A DNA stretch of 64,000 nucleotides from Neocallimastix sp. 'constans'. Its lineage: Eukaryota. Below, piece by piece: positions 13,353 through 25,839 of this stretch (position 1 is its first letter; every line of letters begins with the position of its first letter). The notes under the pieces are model-generated. The model was not told the DNA's origin. It saw only the letters and a list, made by a program, of their open reading frames with translations, and did no database searches. The stretch spans positions 62,001 to 126,000 of the forward strand of contig JBODTK010000109.1 in the NCBI GenBank assembly GCA_050613775.1, in the 5' to 3' direction. A program made the position numbers and the translations under genes.

Positions 13353-14386
13353 TTATATTATATTATTTAAATCAGTTAAACAATCAAACCACAAATTAAT
13401 AGTATTATTTCTATCATATTTAGTATCAATTAACTTGGTTTCAATATTTTTGTAGTGTTCAATTAAGACACTGATTTCATTAGCTTTATTTATTGCTCTT
13501 TTTTTTATTTTCCAAATTCCTCTTATTTTTCTTTGATAATCATAATATGGTAAATGTTTAAGTTTATTTAATTTATCTATTAATTCATAATAAGATGGTA
13601 TTGTTGGAAATAAATTATTTAAATAACTGTTGATTCTGAAACTATAATATTATTGTTACATGTATTAGCATTTTTTTTTTAATTTTTTAAATAATTTATA
13701 TATTTCTTGTTCTTTATTTTGTAATATTGCAAAAGAAGTAGTGTAAAAACTATCTAATTCTTTAGCGTAAGTTCTTGTAATAAATAATTGATAACTAAAT
13801 TTAGGGGCAATATAAAATGTACCATCAACAAATATATCATTATTATATTCCCTAAATAATTTTACTTGAAAAGGAGATTGAAAAATTATTAAATTAATAT
13901 TTTTTGAATATCATAAAATTTTCACCTCACTTTGTTTTATATTGTTTTATAATATTTAGATTCATTATGAATTTCAGTAAATGTTGTTACATTGGATGGT
14001 AGTTTTTATTTAAATTTCTTGATATTTGGGATTTAATTGAATTATATTCTGAACATATAAATCTCATTTCTTTAGAAATTTTATTATATAGGGGTTTTAT
14101 TTTTATACCATAAGGAATTGAACTTTTTTCAATTCCATCTTTAATTTTATGTTTCATTATAAATAGAGATATATCGTATTCTTTTTCAGGATGATTATGT
14201 GAACTATCATATTTTAAGATTTCTTTCTTATTTAAAATAATAAAAGATTTACATTTATTTCTGTACATAAACTTTTGAATTATCTTTTCTTATATATAAA
14301 AAATTAAATTTATATTTTTTATTATTAATAATTTATTTTTTTCCTTTGTTAGACTCATTTACATCAATAATTAGATTTTCTTCCAT
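13353..14386 (-). pseudogene. MULE transposase pseudogene, right arm (inverted copy)
   Basis: Reverse complement of 11818-12846 with scattered substitutions, a 3-bp deletion and a ~10-bp duplication (~13935-13950). Same TGA (13927-13929) and same internal deletion. Confidence 0.85.
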
Positions 14387-14539
14387 TTCTATATTTTTAT
14401 AAATATTTTTTAATTATATAATTAAAATTATTATATTAATTATCCAATATTATTCTAAATACTAATTTTGAAAAATTAGTTTTTCAATTATTTGTAAAAA
14501 AAAAATAAATAAATAAAGAATGTAATAGTAAGTACAAGT

Positions 14540-15510
14540 ATACAAAATAAAATAAAATAAATAGTAGAATATAAATATAAGTACAGATTGAATAAAATAA
14601 AATAAAATAAAATAAAATAAAATAAAATAAAATAAAATAAAATAAAATAAAATAAAATAAAATAAAATAAAATAAAATAAAATAAAATAAAATAAAATAA
14701 AATAAAATAAAATAAAATAAAATAAAATAAATAGTAGAATATAAATATAAGTACAGATTGAATAAAATAAAATAAAATAAAATAAAATAAAATAAAATAA
14801 ATAGTAGAATATAAATATAAGTACAGATTGAATAAAATAAAATAAAATAAAATAAAATAAAATAAAATAAAATAAAATAAAATAAAATAAAATAAAATAA
14901 AATAAAATAAAATAAAATAAAATAAAATAAAATAAATAGTAGAATATAAATATAAGTACAGATTGAATAAAATAAAATAAAATAAAATAAAATAAAATAA
15001 AATAAAATAAAATAAAATAAAATAAAATAAATAGTAGAATATAAATATAAGTACAGATTGAATAAAATAAAATAAAATAAAATAAAATAAAATAAAATAA
15101 AATAAAATAAAATAAAATAAAATAAAATAAAATAAAATAAAATAAAATAAAATAAAATAAAATAAAATAAAATAAAATAAAATAAAATAAAATAAAATAA
15201 AATAAAATAAAATAAAATAAATAGTAGAATATAAATATAAGTACAGATTGAATAAAATAAAATAAAATAAAATAAAATAAAATAAAATAAATAGTAGAAT
15301 ATAAATATAAGTACAGATTGAATAAAATAAAATAAAATAAAATAAAATAAAATAAAATAAATAGTAGAATATAAATATAAGTACAGATTGAATAAAATAA
15401 AACAAAATAAAATAAAATAAAATAAATAGTAGAATATAAATATAAGTACAGATTGAATAAAATAAAATAAAATAAAATAAAATAAAATAAAACAAAATAA
15501 AATAAAATAA
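14540..15510 (+). repeat. Minisatellite array: constant 30-bp core separated by variable-length (TAAAA)n
   Basis: AGTAGAATATAAATATAAGTACAGATTGAA repeated ~9 times with (TAAAA)n from a few to ~30 units. Confidence 0.93.
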
Positions 15511-15819
15511 AATTAAATAAATATTGAATGTAATAATATAAAAGTACAAGTATATAAAATAAAATAAAGTAAATATTTATTATTATTTTTAATTAAAGAA
15601 TATTAAAGACAATTTATTTTTAAAAATAAAATGTTTTATTTAATTATATATGTTAGAAAGCAAAAAAATCATTTATATTTAATGAGATTATTAACAATCA
15701 ATAACATTGTTTTATATATTAAATTACATCATCAATTGAATACAATAAAAATGTAAAAAATTTTCATTTCTAAAACATTGATCTGTAATATTCTTTAATA
15801 AAAAAAAATATTAGATATT

Positions 15820-16180
15820 TATTTTATTTTATTCAATCTCTACTTATATTTATATTCTACTATTTATTTTATTTTATTTTATTCAATCTGTACTTTATAT
15901 TTAATATTCTACTATTAATTTTATTTTATTTTATTTTATTTTATTTTATTTTATTTTATTTTATTTTATTTTATTTTATTTTATTTTATTTTATTTTATT
16001 TTATTTTATTTTATTTTATTTTATTTTATTTTATTTTATTTTATTTTATTTTATTTTATTTTATTTTATTTTATTTTATTTTATTTTATTTTATTTTATT
16101 TTATTTTATTTTATTTTATTTTATTTTATTCAATCTGTACTTTATACTCATATTCTACTATTTATTTTTATTTTATATAC
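15820..16180 (-). repeat. Inverted minisatellite cores with long (TTTTA)n
   Basis: TTCAATCTGTAC... cores flanking a ~200-bp (TTTTA)n run. Confidence 0.9.
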
Positions 16181-18410
16181 TTATTACATTTTTTATTTAT
16201 TTATTTATTTGTTTGTTTATTTATTTATACATTTATTTTTTTTACATATAATTTTATTATAAAATTTTTTATGGCGTTAACATATAATTTTACAAGCCAT
16301 TAAAAATAAATGGCGTATTGAAAATTTGTATTATAAAAATTGGCGAAATGAACCACATTCAATTAATACACATAGATAAATGTTACACAACATAAAAATA
16401 TAAGAATAAAATATTAATATAAGATAAGAATATAATATTGATAATAATATAAGAATATAAAAATATAATATTAATAATATAAAAATATAAAATAAAATGT
16501 GATTATTTTAACAGAAATAACAAAATAATACAATAAAATAATATTATGTAACATAATATAGCTATAGCCACATTTTTATATATATATCACGTGTAAAAAA
16601 TTGGCGTAATGCAACTTCCCCAATAATTATTATTTCAAAAGAAATAATTATATATTTTTTCAATTAAATATAATTAAATAACTATTTCAAAAGAAACAAT
16701 AATATATTCTATTAAAAAGAAATTATAAAATGTTATTTTTATAATTGAATATTAATAAATTATATATAATATATATAAAAAAAGAATATTTAGTATTTAT
16801 TTAATTATTATTTATTTGATTATTAAAAAAAGCCACATACAAAATACGCCACATTAATAAATACACGATTCCATTCAATAATAATTTATTTTAACCCTTA
16901 TAAATAACATAACCTTTTATAATACAATTATTAAAAATTTTTTTATTATACTTCATATTTAATTATTAATATATTATTTTTATTTATTATGAATTATTTT
17001 AATGAGTTTTCAAATACTTTAATAAAAATTGTCAGTTAATTTTTCAAATATTCAAATTTATTATATATTTGATAGTAATTTTTTTTTATTATAATTTTAT
17101 GTTTCAATTTATTAATAACAATATTATTATTTACACATAAAATAATTTCTTTAGTATATTTATTTAATGAATTTCATATTTTTTTTTCATCTATTTTTAA
17201 TTTAAACATACCTTTATTTTTATGAATCTTAATAATAATATTAAAAAAATATAAAATTTTAATGTTAAGTAAATACAAATAAATAATATTAAAAAAATAT
17301 ATAATTTTAATGTAAATACAAACAAAAAAACATACAAACAAACAAACAAAAAAAAAAAAAAAAAAAATTATATAAATCTAATACAAAAACTTTTTATTTA
17401 ATATTAATGTGTATTATATTATCTAATTTAAGGATGAATTAATAAAATAACAGAAATTAATATCGTAGTAAATATGTCTAAAATTTATTATATCAAATTT
17501 ATTTAAAAAAAAAATAAAAATATTAGTTATAAATATATATATAATGTTTTTTCTTATTAAAAGAATATATTCATAATTTAATTATTAGATATTAATAATT
17601 ATAACATTTTATAAATTTAGATTATTTTTATTTTATTTTATTAATGTTTCAAAAACGTGAAACTTTAAAAGGTACTATGGCTTATCCAGAAGATTTTTTT
17701 AATCTTTCAATACAACAAAATTTTTAAATTTTATATTTACAATTAATATTATATATGAATATATTTTTATTATACATATATATTCATATATATGTATATA
17801 CATTTATCAATAGATGACTTATATTACAAAATCTAATTATATTAATTATTGTTTGATTTTATATTATTATATAATATTTTATTTTATTTTATTTTATTTA
17901 ATAAATTTATATATTATTGTTACTTAAAATTTTATTAATGGTGTTAATAAAATGAATGTATTGATATAAAATGTATTCTACAAATAATATTAAATTGTCA
18001 TTATATATATATTAATATACATTTATGATTTTGAAAATTGGATATTTTAATATAATATGCGCAAAAAAAATTTTTTTAAAATTAAATATATAATTAAATA
18101 AAATAATTCAAAAAAGAATAATACTATTATATTATTCTTTTTTGAAATAAGATTGTCTTTTTTCAATCATTAAATCAATTAATCGGCTATAACGTTGTTG
18201 TTCTTTAAATATTAATTTTTTAAATTAAAAAAAAAAAAATAAAAAAATAAAAATAAATTAGCATTTTAAAAATTATAAAAAAGTTAAAAAAAGTATTTAT
18301 TAATTATATTATTATTATTTAAAGTATTACTATTGATATTTATTATTTCTTTTATAATTATAATTATTGTAATATTTTTTTTTTCTTTTTCTTTTCTTTT
18401 TTTTTTTTTA

Positions 18411-21400
18411 TTATTTTTTCTTATTATTATTAAATATAGTAAAATTTTTAAATTTACCAGTTCTTTCTAATTCATTTATGTTTATTGATCTCTTAGCACC
18501 ATATGATTCCAATAAACGAATGACATTATCACAACGGAAATATTCAGCTTTCATTAATGCGGTTTCTTCATAGTTATCTTTTAAATCAATGATAATATCT
18601 TTTCTGCTTAGTAGCATACTACAAATGGTACAATTGTTAAGTTTAGCTGCTATCATTAAAGCAGTTTCTCCCTTCTTTGTTTGCTTATTAATATCTAAGT
18701 TCTTTTGTTTTAATAAATAATTAATTAGCTTAATATTTCCCATACGAACTACCTTCATTAAAACCGTTTCTCCGTCACGATCTTGGATATTAATGTCTAG
18801 ACCTCTTTCGTGCTCTAAAAGCATCTTTATAATTACTATATATTCTTGACGAATAGCCACCATAAAGGCTGATATACCCAACTTATCCACATGATTAATA
18901 TTGATATCAGGACGTTTTAAAAGTAAACAAGCAATTTCAACATTATTTTGTTCAATTGCTCGAATAAGAATTGTTTTTTGTTGCTTTCCATATGTCATAT
19001 TGATATCCAAATCCTCTCTCTTCAAAAATAGTTTAATAAGAACTGTATTATTTTTTTCCGCAGCTCTGTAAAAAGCTGTATTTCCATTCATATCACGAAT
19101 ATTAATGTCAATATCTAAACGCTTTAATAATAATTTTGTAATTTCATAATCATTTCTTTCTACTGCTTCAATTAATGGGGTTCTTCCTTCATTACCTACT
19201 GTTCGTATATTTACATTAGTGTCCATTCTACAGAGTAACATATGAACCACCTCAATATTTCCTCTTATAATAGATTCAATTAAAGCAGTTCTTCCATTCT
19301 TAAAATATCGTTTATTAATATGAACATCTCTTCTTTGTACAATTACGTATGTAATAGCATTATTAACCTTTATTTTAATTAAATTAATTTAATATAAACA
19401 AGAAAATTATAATAAATATATATATTCATTATATTAAATATATATATATATATATAGTTTAATTTAAATATGTTATATAATTTATGTTTAAAAAAAAAAA
19501 AAAAAATTCAAATATATTTATTATTATATTAAATATATATATATTAAATTAACCTGTTGTACTGCTTTTAACAATGGAAATTCGCCAAAACAATTAACCC
19601 AATTCACATCTATATCTGGTTTTGAGAGAAGAATTTTTATAACATCAATATTTCCTATTTCAATGGCATCAATTAATGGACTATTACCATTAATATCGGT
19701 AGCGTTAACATCGATATATGGGAATTTAAATAATTTAATAATAATATTCTTTTTATTTGGTATATTTTCATCATAATAAATATCTTCATTATTCGAAGAG
19801 TTATTCTTGTTTTGTAATCTAATTTCATCGATGGAACAAGTATTAGATGAAACAGTAGATGAAGATCGAGAAACTATAGTTTCATTACTTTTTGTTAACT
19901 CTTTATTACTTGCATTCTTTTTTTCTTTTGAGCAATCATTTTTATTTGTATTTTCTTTTTTAATTTGGTTATTATTATCCAAATTATCTTTATTATCAGT
20001 ATTAATATCATTATTTTTATCATTTTTATCATTATTTATATCATTATTACTGGTATTATTTTTATCATTATAATTATTAATATTATTATTAATGTTAGCA
20101 TCGTTGATAGAATAATTAGGATTATTAAAGGTATATCTATTTCCTAATAAGTTTAAATTATATATTTTTTCCATATCGATATCGGTTAAGGAAGTCATAG
20201 ACTGAAATTTATTATTTTTCTTATCGGTATATAATTGACCTTGATCATCAATTTTTACATCAGGTATATTATTAAGTTTTCGATCAATTAGTTGATAGTA
20301 AATGTTATCATTATTAATGAGTCCAGAATTATATTCTATAAATTTGTAACGGGTGTTCTTACAATCTATTAGGGAGGATGATTCCACAGAATGAGTTACA
20401 TTTTCACAATTTTTATGGGATGTTTTTGTTAATTTTTCAGAGTATTGGCGAGTATTGTTGCTATCGGTCACTAAAAGATTTTGAATGATAATATTATTGG
20501 TAAGGTAATCAAAAGCATAATTATAATTAACTTTCATGGGTTGATAGGATTTTATAGAAACTTGATTATTGAAATTGTTGTTATATGGATTGATACTAAT
20601 TTTTGGTAATAATACAGAATTTGTATTTGTTTTATCATTGGAGTTATAATAATTATTATCAGAATTAGTGTTACTATTATTACTAATTATAGCATTAATA
20701 TTATTTTCATTTTTATTTTTATTATTATTATTATTTTTACTTTTATCCTTATTATTATTATTATTCGAAGGGTAGTATTTATTGTCGTAATAACGCAAAT
20801 TTTTCTTTTTCTTTGCATTTTTTTTCAGCTTTTTTTCAGCTTCTTGATCTTTAGGATTTGTTCCTTTGGTTGGATTGATGGCCACATGTAGTACTGTTCT
20901 TCCAAAATAACTAAATGTATTAATGCAAACACCTTTAATATCTTTCAATAATTCTATGGCTAGTGAATAATTATTAGATTTCAAATATTTATAAAGTTTA
21001 ACGGTATTTATAATCTCTGGGAAAATAGATAATAAATCATTCATACGTCTTTTAGTAATTAATGCTTCTGCTTGGGCAGACATTGTTATTCTTTGAACTA
21101 GTTGTAATCCAACAATTAAGATACGATAACAAGCAATTAATTGCAAGTTAAGAAACCTAACTAGATGTTTATAAATAAGAATATCTCTATATTCTTCTCT
21201 TTTTAGCGAATAATAAAATCCATCGTTTCCTATTGTACAATGTTTAAAATAAGAAACTTTATTAGTTTTCCCATAATTTTCTTTAGTATAATAGGCGGAT
21301 CTCTTATTAAGATGAGAATCGCATAAGTTTTCAACACTATCTACATATTCTGGTCGATTTTTTTTTAAACCTTCAATTTTTAAACGTTTCAATACATTCA

Positions 21401-22063
21401 CTACACAAGAACGAAAGTCTTTTAAATTTATTAATATCTTTGCATATTTTTTATATTTCATTTTTTTCATTTTTGCTTCTTCAATGGATAATTCTTCATC
21501 ATAATATATATCTCCATAAATATCCTTATCTTCATATACATCAATAAAATAACTTTTATATTTATTTTTTTCAAATATTTGATTTTCATAGGTACCAGTT
21601 ACTTTTAATAAACGTATATATAATGAAATAATGAAATTTATATAGGATATATTATTAATTATATATAAATTTTTTTTTTTTTAAAAATAATTTTTTTTTA
21701 TATTAACAATAGTAATAATAAAAAGTTTTTCAATGAATAGTCATTATTTATTATCAGTTGTCTATATCTATTATTTATTATTAAACTATTTTTTTTATTA
21801 CTAATATTAATATTCATTATTTATTTATTATCCATTGTGATATTAATATCATTAATTTAGAATATTGAAAAAAAGATAAAACCATTAAATTAAAAATATA
21901 TATATATGTATATTATATAAATTTATCTTTATAATTAATATTGATTAAAATTATATATTATTTTGTTATTTCATAATAATAACATCTTTTATGATTATAA
22001 TTCAATTCAATATACTTATTGATAAGTTTAATTATATTTAATTTTTATTTTTATTTATTTGTG

Positions 22064-22099
<36 letters not shown>

Positions 22100-22756
22100 T
22101 ACATTTATTATTTTCTGAACTTTTATTTGATTTAGTATTTTTCTTCATATTTTCGGCCTCATTTATTCCCATATCATATACTTTGTTTTGTAGTATATTT
22201 TCTTTTTTCTTTTTATCACACTGTAATTGATTATCAATGAAATCTTTATTGTTAATATCTATTTTTGCTTGTTCTCTATTTAAACATTGTTCACTGACGT
22301 AAACACTCGAAAGTCTCGATAATACATTAGAATTAAGACTTAATATTGAATTCGATTTCTTGAAACTCTCATATGATTCTACACGTTTTACATTACTTAA
22401 AGATCGATCATATTTTTTTTTATTACTAGTACTATTATTTTTTTCATTATTGATAGTGTTTTTATTACGATTTTCATTATTACCGTTATTATTATCAATG
22501 ATAGTATTGTTATTTTTATTATTATTTATGGTATTATCAGAAATGTCAGCATTATTTTTATTTATTGAATTTAATGATTTAGATGAAGAATTAATTTGAA
22601 TTGGATTTAGGATTCTTGATGAATTTATTTTTTCTAGACAAAAATTTGAAAAATATATATAAAATATATTAATATTAATGTATAATTAATAAGTTTAGTG
22701 ATGAAAATAATTGAAATTGATTGATACATATTTATTTATTTATTTATATAAAAGAT

Positions 22757-22790
<34 letters not shown>

Positions 22791-23357
22791 TTTTGATGAA
22801 TTAGAATTTGAGTGTTGAGATAATTTATGATTTTTAGTGGATATAGAGGTTAGAGGTTGTTGGTTCTGTTGATGCTGCTGATTCGGATCGATTTCTTTAT
22901 GTATATCAAGGTATTTATCATCAATATTATTCAAACGATTCCAAATAGATTGAAAATCACTACCATCTCTACCGATAACAGCAGTTGTAAGAGGTGGCGG
23001 AGGTTCTGATTCACTAATAATATCGATAACTGAAAATAAATAGAGAAATTCATTGGATATATCATCGTCTTCACATAATTTATTTATTTGAACTTTTTTT
23101 AATTCCACATAACATTTTGCTAACATTTCTAATACATTTGGTTTATTTATATAATCATACATTTTAGGACTCAATAAATGATTTAAAAATTCTAAATTAT
23201 TAAGAGAGAATTGTTTTAAACGTTCCTCTAAAAATAAATAATTTGGTACGAAAGGACATTTTACTTCTTTATGATGATCTTTTATATATAATTCATATAT
23301 TTTAGTTAATAATGAATTTAATATAGTTTGACATTTATAAAATTGTTTGAACTCCAT
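18411..23357 (-). CDS. Ankyrin-repeat protein, ~1367 aa, 4 exons (23357-22790, 22633-22103, 21601-19554, 19367-18411)
   Basis: GT-AG junctions join the ORF-track pieces in frame (4104 nt). C-terminal ankyrin repeats (GNSPLIDAI, GRTALIESI, GRTPLIEAV, GNTAFYRAA, GETVLMKVV, GETALMIAA) and Asn-rich low-complexity inserts. Confidence 0.85.
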
Positions 23358-23805
23358 ATTTAATTTAGATCTAGGTAATCCAACAATATATTTTATTTTG
23401 AAATAATTTTTTTTCTAATTATATATTAATTAATACTGTTTTATTGTATAATTTTATTATTTTAAATAAAATTTTATTCAATTTTTTTTTTTTTTTTATT
23501 ATTTTATTTTTTATTTTCTTTTATCTCTATTGATGATTAAATTAATAATACATCAATAAATACAGATATATTAAAAATAAAAAAAAAAAAAAAAATAAAA
23601 ATCTTTTTTATTTTATTTTATTTTTTTTTTTTTTGATTAGCTCATAAATTTTATTATACTTTATTACAATAATGTGAGTATTAATAATGGATATATTTAA
23701 AAAAATCAAAATAAAAAAAAAGAAGATTTGGTTATTATTATTATTATTTAAATTTTTTATTTTTATTTAAAAATAAAAAATCTTATTTATATTAATAAAA
23801 AAAAA

Positions 23806-23840
<35 letters not shown>

Positions 23841-23902
23841 ATTAATATAAATAAAATTTCCATTTATTATTATTTTTTTATTTATAAATCATGGTAGTAT
23901 TA

Positions 23903-23947
<45 letters not shown>

Positions 23948-24886
23948 TAATAAATTATTATAACTTATAAATATATTTAGATGTTTAATAAATATTAAAT
24001 ATTATATATATTAAAGTATTTAATTATAAATGTTTAAAGTTTTTAGTTTATTATTATTTTTATACCATTATATCAAAATACAATCATGGATTTAGTAATA
24101 TTTATAAATAAATATAAAATTAAAAAATAATAATAATAATAAATAATAATGATAAATTATTATTTTAGGTTATTATGTCTTCCAGATGTTAATAAAACTT
24201 TATGGAAAAAAAACATATATTTTATATATGAATATTTTTTTTTAAGGATTATTATACTTTATTATATTTTTATATTTTTTAAGATTTTATTTTTGAAAAG
24301 AGCAAATTAAAACAAATTAATAAATAAAATTCATTATTCCTATTAGATTTAAAATTAAAATAAAAATAAAAATAAAAATAAAAATAAATAATATTTTTTT
24401 TTTTTTTTTAATTTCAATAAAAAATATATTAATATTTAGATTAAAAATATTAAATGAATAGGATTAATTATTTTTATTTATTTATTTATTGTTTTAAATA
24501 TATCTATTTTATATAAATATATATTAATTTAAGAAAGTGTTTATATTTAAAGTTAGAATATCAAATTAATAAAATTATTCAATTTAATATGTAAATGTAA
24601 ATATAGATATTATTTTAGAAATAGTTACTATTTAAGTTGGATAATAGAGTTACTCAATTTAAGATATATATAAATATATTTTAGAAATTGGCAAAGCAAA
24701 ATAATTATAGTAATAACATAAAAAAGAAATTGTTTTAATAAAACAAAATTAAAAATAATAAAAAAAATAATTATCAAAATAAGTACATATATAAAATAAA
24801 AACTTCCATAAAATAGTGATTAAAATTTTTAATATTAATTGTTAAGATAAAATGGTAAATAAATAAATATATTATATGAGTATGAT

Positions 24887-24927
<41 letters not shown>

Positions 24928-25139
24928 TAATTTGAAATTAATTTTATATATTATTTTTATAAAATTTTTTTGATGGTATATATTTTATATTATATGTAAA
25001 AAATAAAAATATGTATTTTAAATTTTTTTTTTTTTTTTTAGACTAGGAATAAACTTTACTTAATAATATTCATTAAAAAAAAATACATGAAAATAAAAAT
25101 ATATGAAATTTTTATATCAATATATTAATATTAAAAAAC

Positions 25140-25720
25140 TACCTTAAGAGTTTTGAGAATGAAATGACCTCTAATTCTTCTCATTCATTGATGATAACTC
25201 TAATGTGGAAAAACATTATCTTTTGAATCCGTATCAGAATTTCTTTTTTACCTTATAGTTTTGACATCGATGCTCCTTAACAATAGTAGGTAAGTCTAAT
25301 GGTATACAAATTGATCAAGTGTAAAAATTACTAATCATAATAGGTATAACATTATAATAAGGAATTCTGAAAGCACCACAAAATATGAAATCTCGGAAAG
25401 AAGACTCTCTCGAAGGTGATTGAAAGATATTATTAATAAAACCCCTTCTTTCATCACGAACCGACCTTTAATATTTTATATACTGTTTTTTTTTTTTGTC
25501 AAGAAGGAGACATATTACGTAAAAAAAAAAAAATTTATATTATCTACAAAATCTTCTTTGTCATTAAGAATGTTCAATGATTTCTTATGAACAATTAATG
25601 AAAAATTAATAAAAATTTCATCAACAAATTGAATGAATTGTTTTCTTAATTCTTCAAATTTCGTGAGTTAAACTAGATATGTTGTTACTTACACCATAAC
25701 AAGAGTAACATGTTGACAGA
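25140..25720 (-). mobile_element. Degenerate 3' fragment of a non-LTR retrotransposon (putative)
   Basis: GC-richer island; the minus strand gives broken peptides CYSC...FEELRKQFIQFVDEIF...VIPIMIS...RSIDVKTIR, parallel in layout to the adjacent fragment. Confidence 0.4.
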
Positions 25721-25839
25721 ATTAATAAAAAAAAATAAATATTATTTTTCCAATAAGAACATAATAATATTTTAAATAGTAATGTGAAATAAAAGGTAAT
25801 TTTCAAAAAAAAAGTTTATAAATAAATTCAGAAAAAAGT

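Larger units (their letters stand above)
10313..16358. repeat. Giant inverted repeat (foldback): arms ~10313-13012 and ~13191-16358, spacer ~180 bp
   Basis: ATGTGGTTCATTTCGCCAATT... at 10313 mirrors ...AATTGGCGAAATGAACCACAT ending at 16358. Transposase remnants and flanks are mirrored up to 13012/13191. ORFs 11937..12221(+) and 13987..14268(-) encode near-identical peptides. Confidence 0.95.
10194..16872. mobile_element. Composite MULE-like element: outer non-autonomous shell with imperfect TIRs and an 8-9 bp TSD, carrying an inner foldback
   Basis: Left end GGGGATCGTCGTGCATTT...AATGTGGC; right end (rc) GGAATCGTGTATTT...AATGTGGC. (C)ATTCAATA lies directly before 10194 and directly after the right end (TCCATTCAATA at 10183-10193 and 16870-16880). 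Confidence 0.6.

Noticed and set aside
10378..15549. Hydrophobic ORFs 10378..11082, 10418..11116 and 14488..15549 resembling membrane proteins
   Set aside because: Stop-free readings of the minisatellite/(TTTTA)n arrays.
10490..16180. CRISPR-like array (30-bp constant repeat with variable spacers)
   Set aside because: The spacers are only (TAAAA)n, not unique sequence; there are no cas genes and the context is eukaryotic. It is a minisatellite.
10313..16358. Foldback as a chimeric-read assembly artefact
   Set aside because: The arms differ by SNPs, indels, array lengths and core orientation, and unique flanks continue on both sides. Not fully excluded without raw reads.
21690..21860. Possible extra exon in ankyrin intron 2
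   Set aside because: Contains a stop in the likely frame, and exons 2 and 3 already join in frame without it.
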